A stretch of DNA of 64,000 nt from Mobula hypostoma. Its lineage: Eukaryota. The stretch is from NCBI RefSeq assembly GCF_963921235.1, contig NC_086109.1, positions 7,070,001-7,134,000 of the forward strand, in the 5' to 3' direction. Positions within the stretch are counted from its first letter, which is position 1. Every line of letters begins with the position of its first letter. Shown one piece after another: positions 12,110-25,010 of the stretch. The notes under the pieces are model-generated. The model saw only the letters and a list, made by a program, of their open reading frames with translations, searched no databases and was not told the origin of the DNA. The position numbers and the translations under genes were made by a program.

Positions 12110-14290
12110 CAATGGTGAGGACCAGGAAGGTATGATCGATGCAGGTGGAGGAAAACTTGCAGGACGACTTTGAATTGGTGGAACGGACAACATTCAGGGT
12201 TTCATCTTTGACTCTGAATGACTATGCCACAGTTGTCATCAACTTCATCAAGACTTGCACAGATGAGTGTGTTCTTTCAAGAAAATACCGGACATACCCT
12301 AACCAAAAGTCATGGATGAACAAGGAGATTCATAGTCTCCTGAGCGCTCAATCCATGGCATTCAAGACTGGTGATCAGAACTATACAAGGAAGCCCATTA
12401 TAAAAGTGAAAAAAAACACTTCCTATTGAGGTTAGGGACGGAATTGGATGCACATCAGCATTGGCAAAGGTTGCAGGCCATTCCTTCCCTCAAAGCGAAA
12501 CCTAACTTCACGAATGTCTGTGATGCTTCACCCAGATTAGCTCAATGCCTTTCAAGCACACGTTGAAAGGGAGAATAAAACTACAGTTGTGCAGGTCCCT
12601 GCGGCAACTGTGATCACTGTCTTGGAGGCCAATATTAGATCATGTTTCATGAGGGCGAACCCTTGCAAGGATGGTGGAACTGGTGGGGCAATAAAACCTG
12701 TGCCATCCAACTGGCAGGGGCTGTCCAGGACTTACTCAATCTCTCACCGCTGCAGTTGGAGTTTCCCACCTGCTTCTAAAGGGTGACAAGCATACCAGTG
12801 CCCAAGAAGAGCTGGGTGAGCTACCTCAATGACTATCGCCCAGTGGTACCCACATCTACTGTGGTGCAGTACTTTGAGAGGTTGGTCATGTTTCGAATCT
12901 GAGATTGGAGCGACTGGGGTTGTATACACTGGAATTTAGAAGGATGAGAGGAGATCTGATTGAAACATATAAGATTATTAAGGGATTGGACACACCAGAA
13001 GCAAGAAACATGTTCCCGATGTTGGGGGAGTCCAGAACCAGAGGCCACAGTTTAAGAATAAGGGGTAGACAATTTAGAATGGAGTTGAGGAAAAACTTTT
13101 TCACCCAGAGGGTTGTGGATCTGTGGAATGCTCTGCCTCAGAAGGCAGTGGAGGCCAATTCTCTGGATTCTTTCAAGAAAGAGTTAGATAGAGCTCTTAA
13201 AGATAGTGGAGTGAAGGGATATGGGGAGAAGGCAGGAAAAGGGTACTGATCATGATCACAGTGAATGGCGGTGCTGGCTCGAAGGGCTGAATGGCCAACT
13301 CCTACACCTATTGTCTATTGTCTATTGAATCAACTTCTACCTAAGCAAGGATCTGGACCGGCTGCAATTTGTCTATCACCACAGTCAGTCTAGAGATGCA
13401 ATCTCACTGCCTCTCCACTCGGCCTTGGATCACCTGCACAATAATAATACCTTTCTCAGTCTGCTGTTTATTGTTACAGCTCAGCACTCAACACAATCAT
13501 ATCCTCAGTTCTAATCAACAGGCTCCAAAACCTGGGCCTCTGTGACTGGATCCTTGACTTTCTCACCAGGTGACCAGTGTGGATCAGAAATAGCATCTTT
13601 TCCTCACTGATAGTCAGTGCTGGTGCACCTCAAGGATGCATGCTTAGCCCACCGTGTGGTTGGGCGCAGCTCAAACACCATCTATAAACTTGTCTTTGAC
13701 ACAGGTATTGTTGACAGAATCTCAGACGATGATGAGGAGGTGTACAGGGGTAAGATAGATCATCTGGTTGAGTGGTGTCACAATGACAACCGTGCACTCA
13801 ATGTCAATAAGACCGAGGAATTGATTGTGGACTTTAGGAAGGGAAACACACACCAGTCCTTATCGAGGGATCAGAAGTGGAAAAGGGAGAGCAGTTCCAA
13901 GTTCCAGGGTGTCAATATCTCTGAAGATCTAACCTGGGCCCAACATATCGATGCAATTACCAAGAAGGCAAGACAGTGGCTACACTTCATTAGGAGTCTG
14001 AGAAGATTTGGTATGTCAACAAAGACACTTGCAAATTTCTACAAATGCACTGTTCAGAGCATTCTAACTGGTTGCATCACCACGTGGTATCGAGGGGCCA
14101 CTGCACAGGATCGGAAAAAGCTGCAGAAAGTTGTGGACTCAGCCAGATCCATCATGGCCACTAGCCTCGCCAACATCAAGGACAGCTCCAGAAGGCGATG
14201 CCCCAAGGTGGTGGCATCCATTATTAAGGACCCCCACCACCCAAGAGATGTCTCCTTCCCAATGCTACCATCAAGCAGGAGCTGCACACT
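12110..14290 (+). mobile_element. Degraded Rex1/Babar LINE ORF2 interrupted by a CR1 3' fragment (12900-13326)
   Basis: RTYPNQKSWMNKE, LNDYRPVVPTS, WCHNDNRALNVNKTEELIVDFRK. CR1 insert ERLGLYTLEFRRMRGDL has a (TCTATTG)n tail and short TSD GAATC at 12895-12899 and 13327-13331. Confidence 0.8.
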
Positions 14291-14491
14291 CAAAGTTTTA
14301 TGAACAATAAATCAGTGCCAATAATTGTGATAAATCAGGTTTGCGGGTTCAGTGAGAGTGAACAGAAGACACTCACTACCGATAAGTAGGTTAACTATCT
14401 ATTTACAGGACAAGAAAGACACTAAACATTCAGTAAACTCTTCAAGTTACGGATGTGCGAGAGTTTTGTGGTGGAATCAGATCTCACTCAC

Positions 14492-15407
14492 CGTTAATCC
14501 TGTTGGCGTGGAGGTAGAGGTTTTCCAAGTTTTCATTCACTGAGGGAATGGTCTTCAGTTTGTTGTGGGAAAGATCCAGCTCGATTAAGCTGGACACATT
14601 AAAGGCATTCAAAGGAATGCCCTGGTCTGTTAGCTGGTTGTTGGAGAACCGTGCATACTGAAGTTTGAGAAACTGCTTGAAGTATTCGCTGGGAATGGTG
14701 CTGATGTGATTGAAGTCCAGGTAAAGCTGATGGACTGTGTCTGGAAGCACCTGAGGAACCTTACTCAGATGATTGTTGCTAAGGTCCAGGATAGACAGAG
14801 ATTTGAGATCTCTGAGAGAGCTACCAACATCTTCCAGCTGGTTGTCATTCAGAAGCAGCATGGTCAAGTTGTCAAGGCCTTCTAAACTGTTGGATTGGAC
14901 CTTGGAGATCTTGTTGCCGGCAACCCTCAACTCCCTCAGCGATCTCGGCAAGGGGTGGGGGATGCTGGTTAAGTTGTTGTGGCCCAAGTACAACCTTTCG
15001 AGGTTCTTCAGCTTGGAGAAGACCTGATTGCTCATCTTTTCACTGGAGATCTTATTCCTCTGCAGGACGATCCAGACCAAGCCCGTGGCGTTGTCAAAGG
15101 CACCGTCAGGGACAGCTTCGATCTGGTTGTCCTGCAGGTAAACATACTTCATGCGTGCAGGGATACTGGGGATGTACTTTAACCTGCGCATGTCACAGTA
15201 CATGGCCGTGGGCAGGATGGGAGGGCACGTACACTCCGCGGGGCAATCCGTCGCCATCGGAGTGACAGGATCACCCCCACCGTAGTACTGTTGTCGTGAC
15301 CGAGAGTATCCCAGAATGCGTGCCAGCCAGTTGAAATATCCATAGGTGTACTGACCGGCGGCACCCTCCAAGAGGGCCGCGAGCAGCAGCAGGCCAATTA
15401 GTTTCAT
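14492..15407 (-). CDS. FMOD: Fibromodulin (class II small leucine-rich proteoglycan), first coding exon: signal peptide, Cys cluster and most LRRs
   Basis: ATG at 15407 starts signal peptide MKLIGLLLLAALLEGAAG. Class II SLRP cluster CPAECTCPPILPTAMYC (Cx3CxCx9C). Fibromodulin-like segments RMKYVY, FDNATGL, VFSKL..LERLYL, PLPRSLREL, LEGLDNLT, NLENLYL..NRIN. Phase-1 donor AACG|GTGAGT at 14492/14491. Upstream acceptor TTTTTCAG at 15524-15523 with CTAAC branch motif at 15546-15542. Confidence 0.95.
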
Positions 15408-16961
15408 TCCCGGGGTGGAAGAGTGCAAAGGCGGTCTGGGAGAGCTGCGAGCAGAGAACGTTGTGTGGAGGGAGCTGCTGTGTCAATAACCAGTGACTGT
15501 CTGCTTCACCCTGGAGCGTGGACTGAAAAAGAGCTCACAGAGTTAGAGAGAGAGAGAAAAAAAACACCCTGGTAAATATTAGCACAGCCTTACCAGTCGG
15601 TCTATAAGCACTTTCAGATTCTGTAACAAAAATTCTCAGGGGATGAGTTAGCGGTCATGATCTATTAGAAGCCCAGACACTCTCACAAGCATCTAGGCTA
15701 TACCTCCTCCCATTCTGCTTCCTGATTCCATTCCCTCAGTTTCTCCAGCTCTGTCATACCTGTTTTGATGGGAGATTTACAGTACCAGTGTGTCTGAGAA
15801 GCCTTTGCTTCAGTCATTCCTTCCCCTCCTGTATAGCTGACTGGGTTCCAGCTGTTCAAAAATCCTCTGGTGTATTGGCAAATTACAAACTATGAGGGGT
15901 ATAGAGAGGGTATATGCAAGCAGGCTCTTTCCACGGAGGTTGGGTGAGACTCGGACTAGAGGTCATGGATTAAGGGTGAAAGGTGAAATGTTTAAGGGGA
16001 GCTTCTTCACTCAGAGGGTGGTGGGAGTGTGGAGTGAGCTGCCAGTGGGTGTGGTGGACTCAGGTTCGACCGTAACATTTAGGGGATGGTTGGATCGGTA
16101 CAAGGATGGGAGGGTATGAAGGGCTATGGTTCTGGTGCAGGTCGATGGGACTAGGCCTGGAGTAAATGGGCTGGGCAGACTGCCTGTGTGTTTTAGTTGC
16201 TCTGTGATTCTACATGTTTCTTGTATTTGCTCACTACTGTGTGGGCAGATCTTGCCCTAACCCCAGCTACACATTTGCAGATGACACGATCACAGTGGGT
16301 CAGGTCTCAGATGACAACGATCTGGATGCGGGAAGGAGACAGAGAGCCTAGTGAGGTGCTGTCATGACAACGACTTTTCCCAGCGCAACTAAAGAGTCAG
16401 CATTGACCTCAGGGAGGAGGGGCAGTGCACATAATCAAAGACTACCTCCCCCCTGCCCCCCCCCGACCCTGGGCATTCTCTCTTCTCCCGTCACCCAACA
16501 GAAGATACAGAAGCCCGAAAACATGAGACACCAGGCTGACGGATGGCTTGTACTTCCACTGTTACAAGACTATTGAACAGTCCCCTAGTGGGATAAGAAG
16601 GACTTTATGGCCTTGCACCTTGTTGTCTGCCAGTACTGCAATCTCTCCGTCACTGAAACTCTTCTTTCTACATTCTGTTACTGTCTTACCCTGAGCTACC
16701 CCGATGCACTGCCGAGATGAAATGATCTGTAAGAAAGGCAAGCAAAACAGTGCATGAGACAATAACAGACCAAAACACACGAGGTTCTGCAGATGCTGGA
16801 AATTCTGAGCAATGCACACAAAGTGCTGGGGGGTCTCAGTAGGTCAGGCAGCATCTGTGGGAGGGAATAAGCAGGCAACCTCTTGGCCCAAGACCTTCCA
16901 TCAGGACTGGGGGGTGGGGAGAGCCAGAATAAGAAGGTGGGGTGGGGAGGGGGAAGTACAA

Positions 16962-17343
16962 ACTGGCAGGTGATAGGTGCCCAGGTGGGTGGGTGAGCAG
17001 GAGGAAGTGAGAAGCTGGCAGGTGATAGGTGCCCAGGTGGGTGGGTGAGCAGGAAGAAGTGAGAAGCTGGCAGGTGATAGGTGCCCAGGTGGGTGGGTGA
17101 GCAGGAGGAAGTGAGAAGCTGGCAGGTGATAGGTGCCCAGGTGGGTGGGTGAGCAGGAGGAAGTGAGAAGCTGGCAGGTGATAGGTGCCCAGGTGGGTGG
17201 GTGAGCAGGAGGAAGTGAGAAGCTGGCAGGTGATAGGTGTCCAGGTGGGTGGGTGAGCAGGAGGAAGTGAGAAGCTGGCAGGTGATAGGTGCCCAGGTGG
17301 GTGGGTGAACAGGAGGAAGTGAGAAACTGGAAGGTGATAGGTG
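16962..17343. repeat. G-rich minisatellite, 52-bp unit, 7 full copies plus a partial
   Basis: AGGTGATAGG recurs every 52 nt from 16968 to 17332; embedded in a Penelope-derived segment. Confidence 0.95.
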
Positions 17344-20300
17344 GAATCTTACTAATGTAACTAATTCATCAGGTTACCAATTTACCACTTCTGATCACAG
17401 CCTCTCTTTTCCCAGCAGGAAGCAGAGTAGGGTTCCTCTTGTCCTCACCCTCCACCTGACTAGCTTCCACATACAATGGATCCTACCCCATCATTTCTAT
17501 CAGCCTCCACAGATTCCACCACTGGACCCATCTCCCCACCACTGTTCCCCCTATCAGCTTTCTGAAGGGACTATTCCTTCTGCTCCTCCCTGTTCCTCCC
17601 TTCCACTGTTCCAAACAATCTCCTTCTCCCGACATCTTCCCACACAGCCACCGGAGGAACAACACCTCTCCTGTCACTCCTTCCCTTCTCACCTCGTCTC
17701 TGGGAGAATTCAGAAAGAGGTGAGGGGGACGGGTAAAATAGGATCCCACAACCCATTGAACTCAATGACACAACAAGCAACAAAGTGACAACGGCAAAAG
17801 AGGCCCCCCTCTCCCCCCTCCCACCCACTCACACGCACACACGGATAGTCGTCCAGCTCCAGGGCAGGCCCCCGGGCCTCCAGTCAGACACAAGAGAATG
17901 TGCAGATGCTGGAAATCCAGAGTAACAAACACAAAATGTTGGAGGAACTCAGCAGGTCAGGCAGCATCTATAGAGGGGAATGAACAGTCAATTTATTGGG
18001 CTCAGACCACAAGACATAGGCTCAGAATTAGGCCATTCAGCCCATCGAGTCTGCTCTGCTATTCCATCATGGCTGATTTATTAACCCTCTCAACCCTATT
18101 CTCCTGCCTTCTACCTTTGACATTCTTACCAATCAAGAACCTAGCAACCATCTGTGGCAAACAATTCCACAGATTCACCACACTCTGGCTAAAGAAGTAT
18201 CTCTGCTCTCTGTTCTAAAGGAGTGTCCTTCTGTTCTGAGGCTGTGCTCTCTGGTCCAAGACTCCTCCATCTTCTCCATGTCCAGTCTATCTAGGCCTTT
18301 CTATATTTGACAGGTTTCAAGGAGATCTCCTCTCATTGACCTTGTCTCCCAACATTATGTGTGTGTTGCTCAGTGAACATTGGAATTTGCAGTTTCCGGT
18401 GACTCACTCCCTGTGATCCTTTCCCACTCCTTCTGGTCCACACCGGATTTTCTGTCTTTGTTCAACTTTTCCTTTCCTCTCCTCCATTATCTACAAGTAT
18501 TTTTCATAGTCTTCATCGCCTTCCCCACCAGTCCCCCTACCCATTCCCATCTGCCCTTCATGTGCACACCTATCCACCTGTATTTCTTCTCCCCTGTCCT
18601 ACCCTCCTCCACCTGGCTCCATCTGCTCAATCACCCCTCCCTTGTCTAGTTCCACCTATCACCTTCCATACTCTGTCTTTGCCTCCACCCTCCCCACGCC
18701 CCCATCTGGCACTATCTCCCCATCATTCCTAACTACATCTACCACTCTCATGTACCGACAATCCTGTACATGAAAAAGTTGCCCCTCAGGTTCCTATTTA
18801 AACCCCCTCCCCACTCACCTTAAGTGTCTGCCTTTTAATTCTTGATTTCCCAGCCCTGGGAAAAAGACTTGAGTGCATTCACTCTGTCTATGATGTCACA
18901 CAGCTCATTCTCTTATGTTCCAATGAATGAGACCCATCCTGTTCAACCTCCCTCCGTGACTCGGTCCCTCGAGTCCCAGCAACACCTCGAGTAAATCTCC
19001 TCTGCATCCTTTCTGGCGTCTTTTCGATAGCAGGCTGACCAAAGCTGAACACAACGTTCCAAATGAGACCTCGCCATTATTTCACAGGGCCTCGTGTGGG
19101 ACAACCATAATCCCGCACATTAACAAAAACACTCAGCAGAGAATGTGCCTCTTGCAGGACTTGGTAAAATCCCATCTTCCCCCGAACCTACTGGTACAAT
19201 TCCACACTGCCGCCACAGAAAGCGTCCCCCTGTCTGGTCTGGCACAGCGTCCAGTCAGGACAGCAGAAAGGGTCACTGGCTGCATTCCACCATCACGGCA
19301 TTAACGTGTGCAGGACAAAGCAGGAGGAGGTATGAAATCATTGTGGACACTACCCACCCAGTAAACTGCCTTTTCCAAAATCTCCCTTCTGGAAAGCACC
19401 ACAGGGCTGTTAAAACAAAGAACTTCACACCATTGTAAAAGTTTCTTCCCCCAGGCAGTTCATCTGATCAACCATTCTAGTTAGCCCCCACCCCCTCTAT
19501 CTATGACCTGAGTCACTACACAGTACTGTAAACACTCTAAACTACATTTATAATGCTGTTTACATTGTAAATACATGCTGGTATTTATGTCTATTTCATT
19601 CCGTATTCGTACTTTAACCTCTAAGTTTATTTATACACTTTATAATTGTTGAATGCTGTTGCTTTTAGTTGCATGTTACGGCATAACACCGCAGTGAATT
19701 CCTAATGCATGTAAATATACATGGTGTGTAAAGTTAGTCATTGAGCCTTTACCAGTATCTGGTACAAGCTCATCCGTGTTGTTTTTGGAGAAGTTAGCAC
19801 CAGATCCCTCCTCTGAAGCCAATAGTTTCATGATCCCATTACTGACACTGAATTCCACAAAGACCTTTTCGATATACACAAGATGCTGGAAATCCAGAGT
19901 AATACATACACAATGCTGGAGGAACTTTGCAGGTTGGACAGCATCTACAGAGTAGAACGAACCTGATGAGAGGTCTCGGCTGGAATTAACCCCATAGATG
20001 CTGGAAGGGAAGACCAGAGAGGTGCAGAAGGGACGGTCCCTATCCCATCTTTGCATTCTCCCACGCACTCAAAATAAACCGAGTGCGGGCGAACCATCCA
20101 GCTGCACGCCCACAGAACCCTTTGAAAATTAAAGGATTATCAACAGTCCTGAAATGTTGACTCGTTATTCCTCTCCATAGACGCTGCCTGACCTGCTGAG
20201 TTCCTCCAACATCTTCTGGATGCTATGGTCAGCATTGACCTGACGGGCTGAAGGGCCAGCTTCTGTGTTGTAGTACTTAGTGTCCTTATGACAAGAAAGC

Positions 20301-20492
20301 ATTGGGGCAGTCTGTGTATTTAATCCAAAAGTCCTTAATTTGGGTAGAGTTTAACTGCAGTGTCCCATACAGGCGCTCTAACATTATCATACAGAGCCGA
20401 CATTACTGGCTGGGACCACCCATCAGACCCTTTCCCTGACTGATTTCAGGATCTGCCTTTGCTTACTGAATTAAATAGAAACAATAACATTT

Positions 20493-20952
20493 CAGTGGCC
20501 ACTTTATTAGGTACACCGGTTTGTTAATGGAAATATCTAATCAGCCAATCATGTGGCAGCAACTCAATGCATAAAAGCATACAGACATGGTCAAGAGGTT
20601 CAGTTGCTCAGGCCAAACAACAGAATGGGATAGAAGTGTGATCTAAATGATTTTGATTGTTGGTGCCAGATGGGGTGGTTTGAGTATCTCAAAAACTCAG
20701 CAGTTCTGCGGGTGAAAATGCCTGGTTAATGAGAGAGGTCGGAGGAGAATGGCCAGGTCGGTTCAAGCTGACAGGAAGATGTCAGTAACTCAAATATCCA
20801 CCATGTTACAGCAGTTGTGCGCAGAAGAACATCTCTGAACGCACAGTGCATCAAACCTTGAGGTGGATGGGTTTCCGCAGCAGTAGGTACAAACTTTCGT
20901 TCAGTGGCCACTTTATTAGGCACAGGAGCTCCCTAATAAAGTGGCCACTGAG
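20493..20952 (+). mobile_element. Tc1-derived non-autonomous DNA transposon, same family as 3219-3738
   Basis: Same TIR; an extra internal TIR copy at about 20901 forms a hairpin with the right end. Confidence 0.8.
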
Positions 20953-21947
20953 AGTATAAGGACCTTGTTCTTTGTTCCTGAGCTGTTGTAGTAATTCTCT
21001 TCATTAACAAATGCTTCATTAGTGGAATTACCAAATGAATCTGGTATTCAGGTACAGGATTCTGTCTTTTTTTCAGTCAGGGAACAGTGGCAGTGGGGGA
21101 GAAAAGAACAATTAAATATTTGTCCTGACCCAGCCACAGCTTTCTGTTTCTCCTGTGTGTGTATTTTGGCTTTTTAAAAAAAACTTGACAAGAGGTTTCT
21201 TAAAAAATCCAAAAATGTGGAACATACTGAGGCAGTCATTGTAGGTTTACTGAGGGAAACCCACAGACATAATGACTCCTTTAACCAGCAAGGAAGTAAA
21301 AACATTTACCAGCTGCAGTTTCACTTTAGCCAGTGAATGCTGCACTTTGAGTGAAACAGAAAATGAAGTTTCCACCATGCGCTGCTGGGAATTTCCTTCA
21401 CAAGATTCACTGAGTCATAGAAAATGCAGCAGGAAAACATCGGCCCATCGAGTCCATGCTGACCCTAAACCACCTCCAGTAATCTCCTTTTATTCTCCTC
21501 TCAGATTCCAACTCTCCCCAGAATCTACCCCTTGCTTCGGCTGCTCATTTCTCTCCGTACGTGGTTGCCTGATGCACCGAGTTCCTCCGGCCTCCTGCTT
21601 GCGGCTGGAAGTGAAATGACTGGCACTTTGAGCCTTAATTTGGAGGTACGACTGGGTCTGTACCGCTCCGTGGAAGACAAAGTCTCGGCCTCTGCAGGCT
21701 GGCCAGCTGGGGTCGGTGTTCTCTTGCAGACTAGCCTCTGTCTGAGAAGAATGGATTGGTTGGGTATGGTTGGATCTTAGAGGTGGTGCCTGGGATTAGA
21801 CAAGTTGAGCCACTGTGCAAGCAGACCTTTATGTCTGAGATCACATCTGGCAGGTGACAAAGTGTCTCAAGTTCAAGGCTGAGATGATTTTATTGTCATT
21901 CAATCGTATACATGTATACCGCCAAATGAAACAGTGTCCCTCTGGAC

Positions 21948-22496
21948 TAGGGTTGCCAACTGTCCCGTATTAACCGGGACATCCTGTATATTGGGCTAAA
22001 TTGGTTTGTCCCATACGGGACCGCCCTTGTGCTATAGTTCCCCTGCTCAGGTAGAGCGGTCCTATGAAACCTTTCATGCCGAAATGGCGTAAAGCGAAGA
22101 AGCAATTATCATTAATTTATATGGGAAAAATTTTTGAGTGTTCCCAGACCCAAAAAGTAACCTACCAAATCATACCAAATAACACATAAAACCTAAAATA
22201 ACACGAATATATAGTAAAAGCAGGAATGATATGATAAATACACAGCCAATATAAAGTAGAAATAATGTATGTACAGTGTAGTTCCACTGAACAGAAACGC
22301 CAAAAATGATTTGTAGAGAAAAAAACTGGCACATACACACATGTGCACATCATGTATGCGCACGTCACGCATGTGCACACAGGTGCCCGCGCAAGGCTTC
22401 ATGGTCATGGTAGTCTTTCTCGGGGTAAACACAAGTGTCCCGTATTTGACTGCTGCGTCTGTCCCTTATTTGGGAGTGAGAAAGTTGGCAACCCTA
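21948..22496. mobile_element. hAT MITE (TAGGGTTGCCAAC TIR), copy 2, with perfect 8-bp TSD
   Basis: TSD CTCTGGAC at 21940-21947 and 22497-22504. Confidence 0.92.
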
Positions 22497-23352
22497 CTCT
22501 GGACCAAGGTGCACAGCACAGTATTTACCACTCATACACGCAACACATAAAGTCATATGGCCACAAATAATTAACAAATAATAAAGTGCATTTATGACAC
22601 AAGTTAAAGAGTAAACAGTATGACACTACTGCAGTTTCATATGTGATGAGACCTGGGAGGAGGCAGGGAGTTCAGTCTTATGGCCCAGGGGAAGAAGCTG
22701 TTTCCCATCCTAATGCCAAACTGAGTCTTAATTTCTGGGATGAAGGAGATAAAGATGTGTCTCTGGTGTCTCAGATTAAGGACATGAGACCTTCAACATA
22801 ATTAGTGTGAATTTTTAATTTACCGGTATTCTTAACTCCCATCAATTTATCCCAAAGCTTCAATCTGTCTATCGACCAGGGTTCACAACCTTTTTTTTAT
22901 GGCATGGACTTCGAACATTATCGGGGGGGGGGAGGGGGTTCGGTAGACTCTGGTTTGGGAACCCCTGCTCTAGGCAGACTTAAAACTAAAATATCACAAA
23001 GTGTATGGGGTTGAATGGGATCCGGGATCAGCCATGATGGAATTGCAGAGCGAACTCGATGGGCTGAATGGCCTAATTCTGTTCCTGCATCTTATGGTCT
23101 TAAAGTCTTTAGAAGACCCAAATATAAAGTAAATATACACTGTCTGATTTTTTAAGTAGGTGCAGTGTGAATTTAATACTCACAGGAAGATTTTGGATTT
23201 TGTTATTCTTGAACTGAGACCCAGTAGGAGGAAAACTCAGTCCTTTCATAACAAGAGTGAGTCTGACTCAGGCTTCTGGGGAGTTTGAAAATCTCCCTTT
23301 GATTATTCAAAGGAAGAGAATCTTAACCATGGATATTTAAATCCTTCTATAG

Positions 23353-23432
23353 CAAGGCTTCCTAACCTTTTTTATGCAATGGTCCAATACCATGAAGCAA
23401 GGGGTCTGTGGACCCGAGATTGGGAAACCCTG
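23353..23432. mobile_element. Tiny hAT/Charlie-like MITE; related elements at 22877-22968 and 62510-62590
   Basis: CAAGGCTTCCTAACC...GATTGGGAAACCCTG; near-TSD TTCTATAG / TTCTAGAG. Confidence 0.65.
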
Positions 23433-24459
23433 TTCTAGAGAAATACACACAAAATGCTGGAGACACTTAGCAGGTCAGGCAGCATCTATGGAGAGGAAAG
23501 AACAGACAAGATTTCAGGCTGAGACTCCTCACTTGCTGAGATCCTCCAGCACTTTGTGTGTGTCACTCTGGATTTCCAGCATCTGCAGAAATTCTGAAAC
23601 TCTCAGAATCAGAATCAGGTTTAATATCACCGGCGTACGTCGTGAGATTTGTTAACTTTGTGCCAGCAGTACTGTACAATGCAATTCATGATAATACAGA
23701 AAAAATAATAAGTAAGTCAATTAGAGTAAGTATATATATGTATATTAAGTAGTTAAATTAAAAGTAGTGCAAAAACTGAAATAATAAAAAAGGAGTGAGG
23801 TAGTGTTCACGGGTAAAATGTCCATTCAGAAATCGGATGGCAGAGGGGAGGAAGTGTTTCTATATCGCTGAGTGTGTGCCTTCTGGCTTCTGCACCTCCT
23901 TCCTGACGGTCTAATCCTGTTTCGGATAAATTACTCCCATTGTGAGGACTTGCCAATGTGGAGAAAGTCTAATACACCTTTCAGAGACTCTGCTGTGCAA
24001 CACTGGCCTGCATGTCTCATATTAATGACAGATCACATTTTCAAAAGGTTTTCTTCGCCCAGGCCATGCCCGATTTAGGTGGAGTAGCTCTGGGCAGTAC
24101 AGGGCTAGAGCTGGTAGAGATACTGCCTCGTGGTGTCAGAGTCCTGGGTTCAATCCTGACCTGGGCAACACTTGCGGGCTGCCCCTAGCACGTTCTTGGA
24201 CAGTGTTGGTCTTTGATGCAAGAGATTCATTTCACTGGATGATTCAATATTTCATTGCACGCGTGGCAAAACAGAGCTAACCTTTAATAAGTGGGAGCTG
24301 TCTGCGTGGAGTTTGCTTGTTCCCCTGTGACCATGCAGATTCCTCTCGGGTACCCCGCTTCGCTCTCATATCCCAAAGACGCGTGAGTTGGTGGGTTAAC
24401 TGGTGGCTGTAAGTCGCCCCTAGTGTGGAGTTTAGTGGACAACTCTGGAGGAATTGATG

Positions 24460-25010
24460 AGCAGTTTTGGGTCCCTTATCTGAGAAGGAACGTGATGGCT
24501 TTGCAGAAGGTCCAGAGGAGGTTCGAGAGAATGACCCTGGTAATGAAACAGTTATGTATGAGAAGTGTTTGATGGCTTTGGCCTGTACTTTCTGGAGCTT
24601 AGAAGAATGGGGCTGGGGAGTTTGATCTTCTTGAAATCAACTGAATATTGAATGGCCTAGATAGATTGGATGTGGAGAGGATGTCTCCAATAATGGGGGA
24701 GTTTAAGACCAGAGAGCACAGCCCCAGAATAGAACACCATTCCTTTAGAAAAGAGACGAGGGGGAATTTCTTTAGCTGGAGGAGGGTGAATCTGTGGAAT
24801 TCATTGCCACGGACAGCATTGGAGGCCAAGTCAGTGGATATGTTTAAAAAGGAGGTTAAGAGTTTCTTGATTAGTAAGGATGTCAAAGGTTACTGGGAGA
24901 AGGCACCAGAATAGGGTTGATAGCGGGGACGATAAATCAGCCATGATAGATTGGCAGAGCAGAGTTGATTGGCCTCATTCTGCTCCTATGTCTCATGGTT
25001 TAATGGTCTA
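24460..25010 (+). mobile_element. CR1 LINE 3' fragment
   Basis: GLDRLDVERMSP..FKTREHS..RVNLWNSLP peptide and CR1 3' UTR. Confidence 0.8.

Noticed and set aside
15408..15428. N-terminal extension MHSSTPG in the ORF track
   Set aside because: It starts at TTG; the ATG at 15407 directly precedes a good signal peptide
16962..17343. CRISPR-like array (also 1-277 and 10721-10840)
   Set aside because: Units are contiguous with no unique spacers, there are no cas genes, and the context is eukaryotic; these are minisatellites
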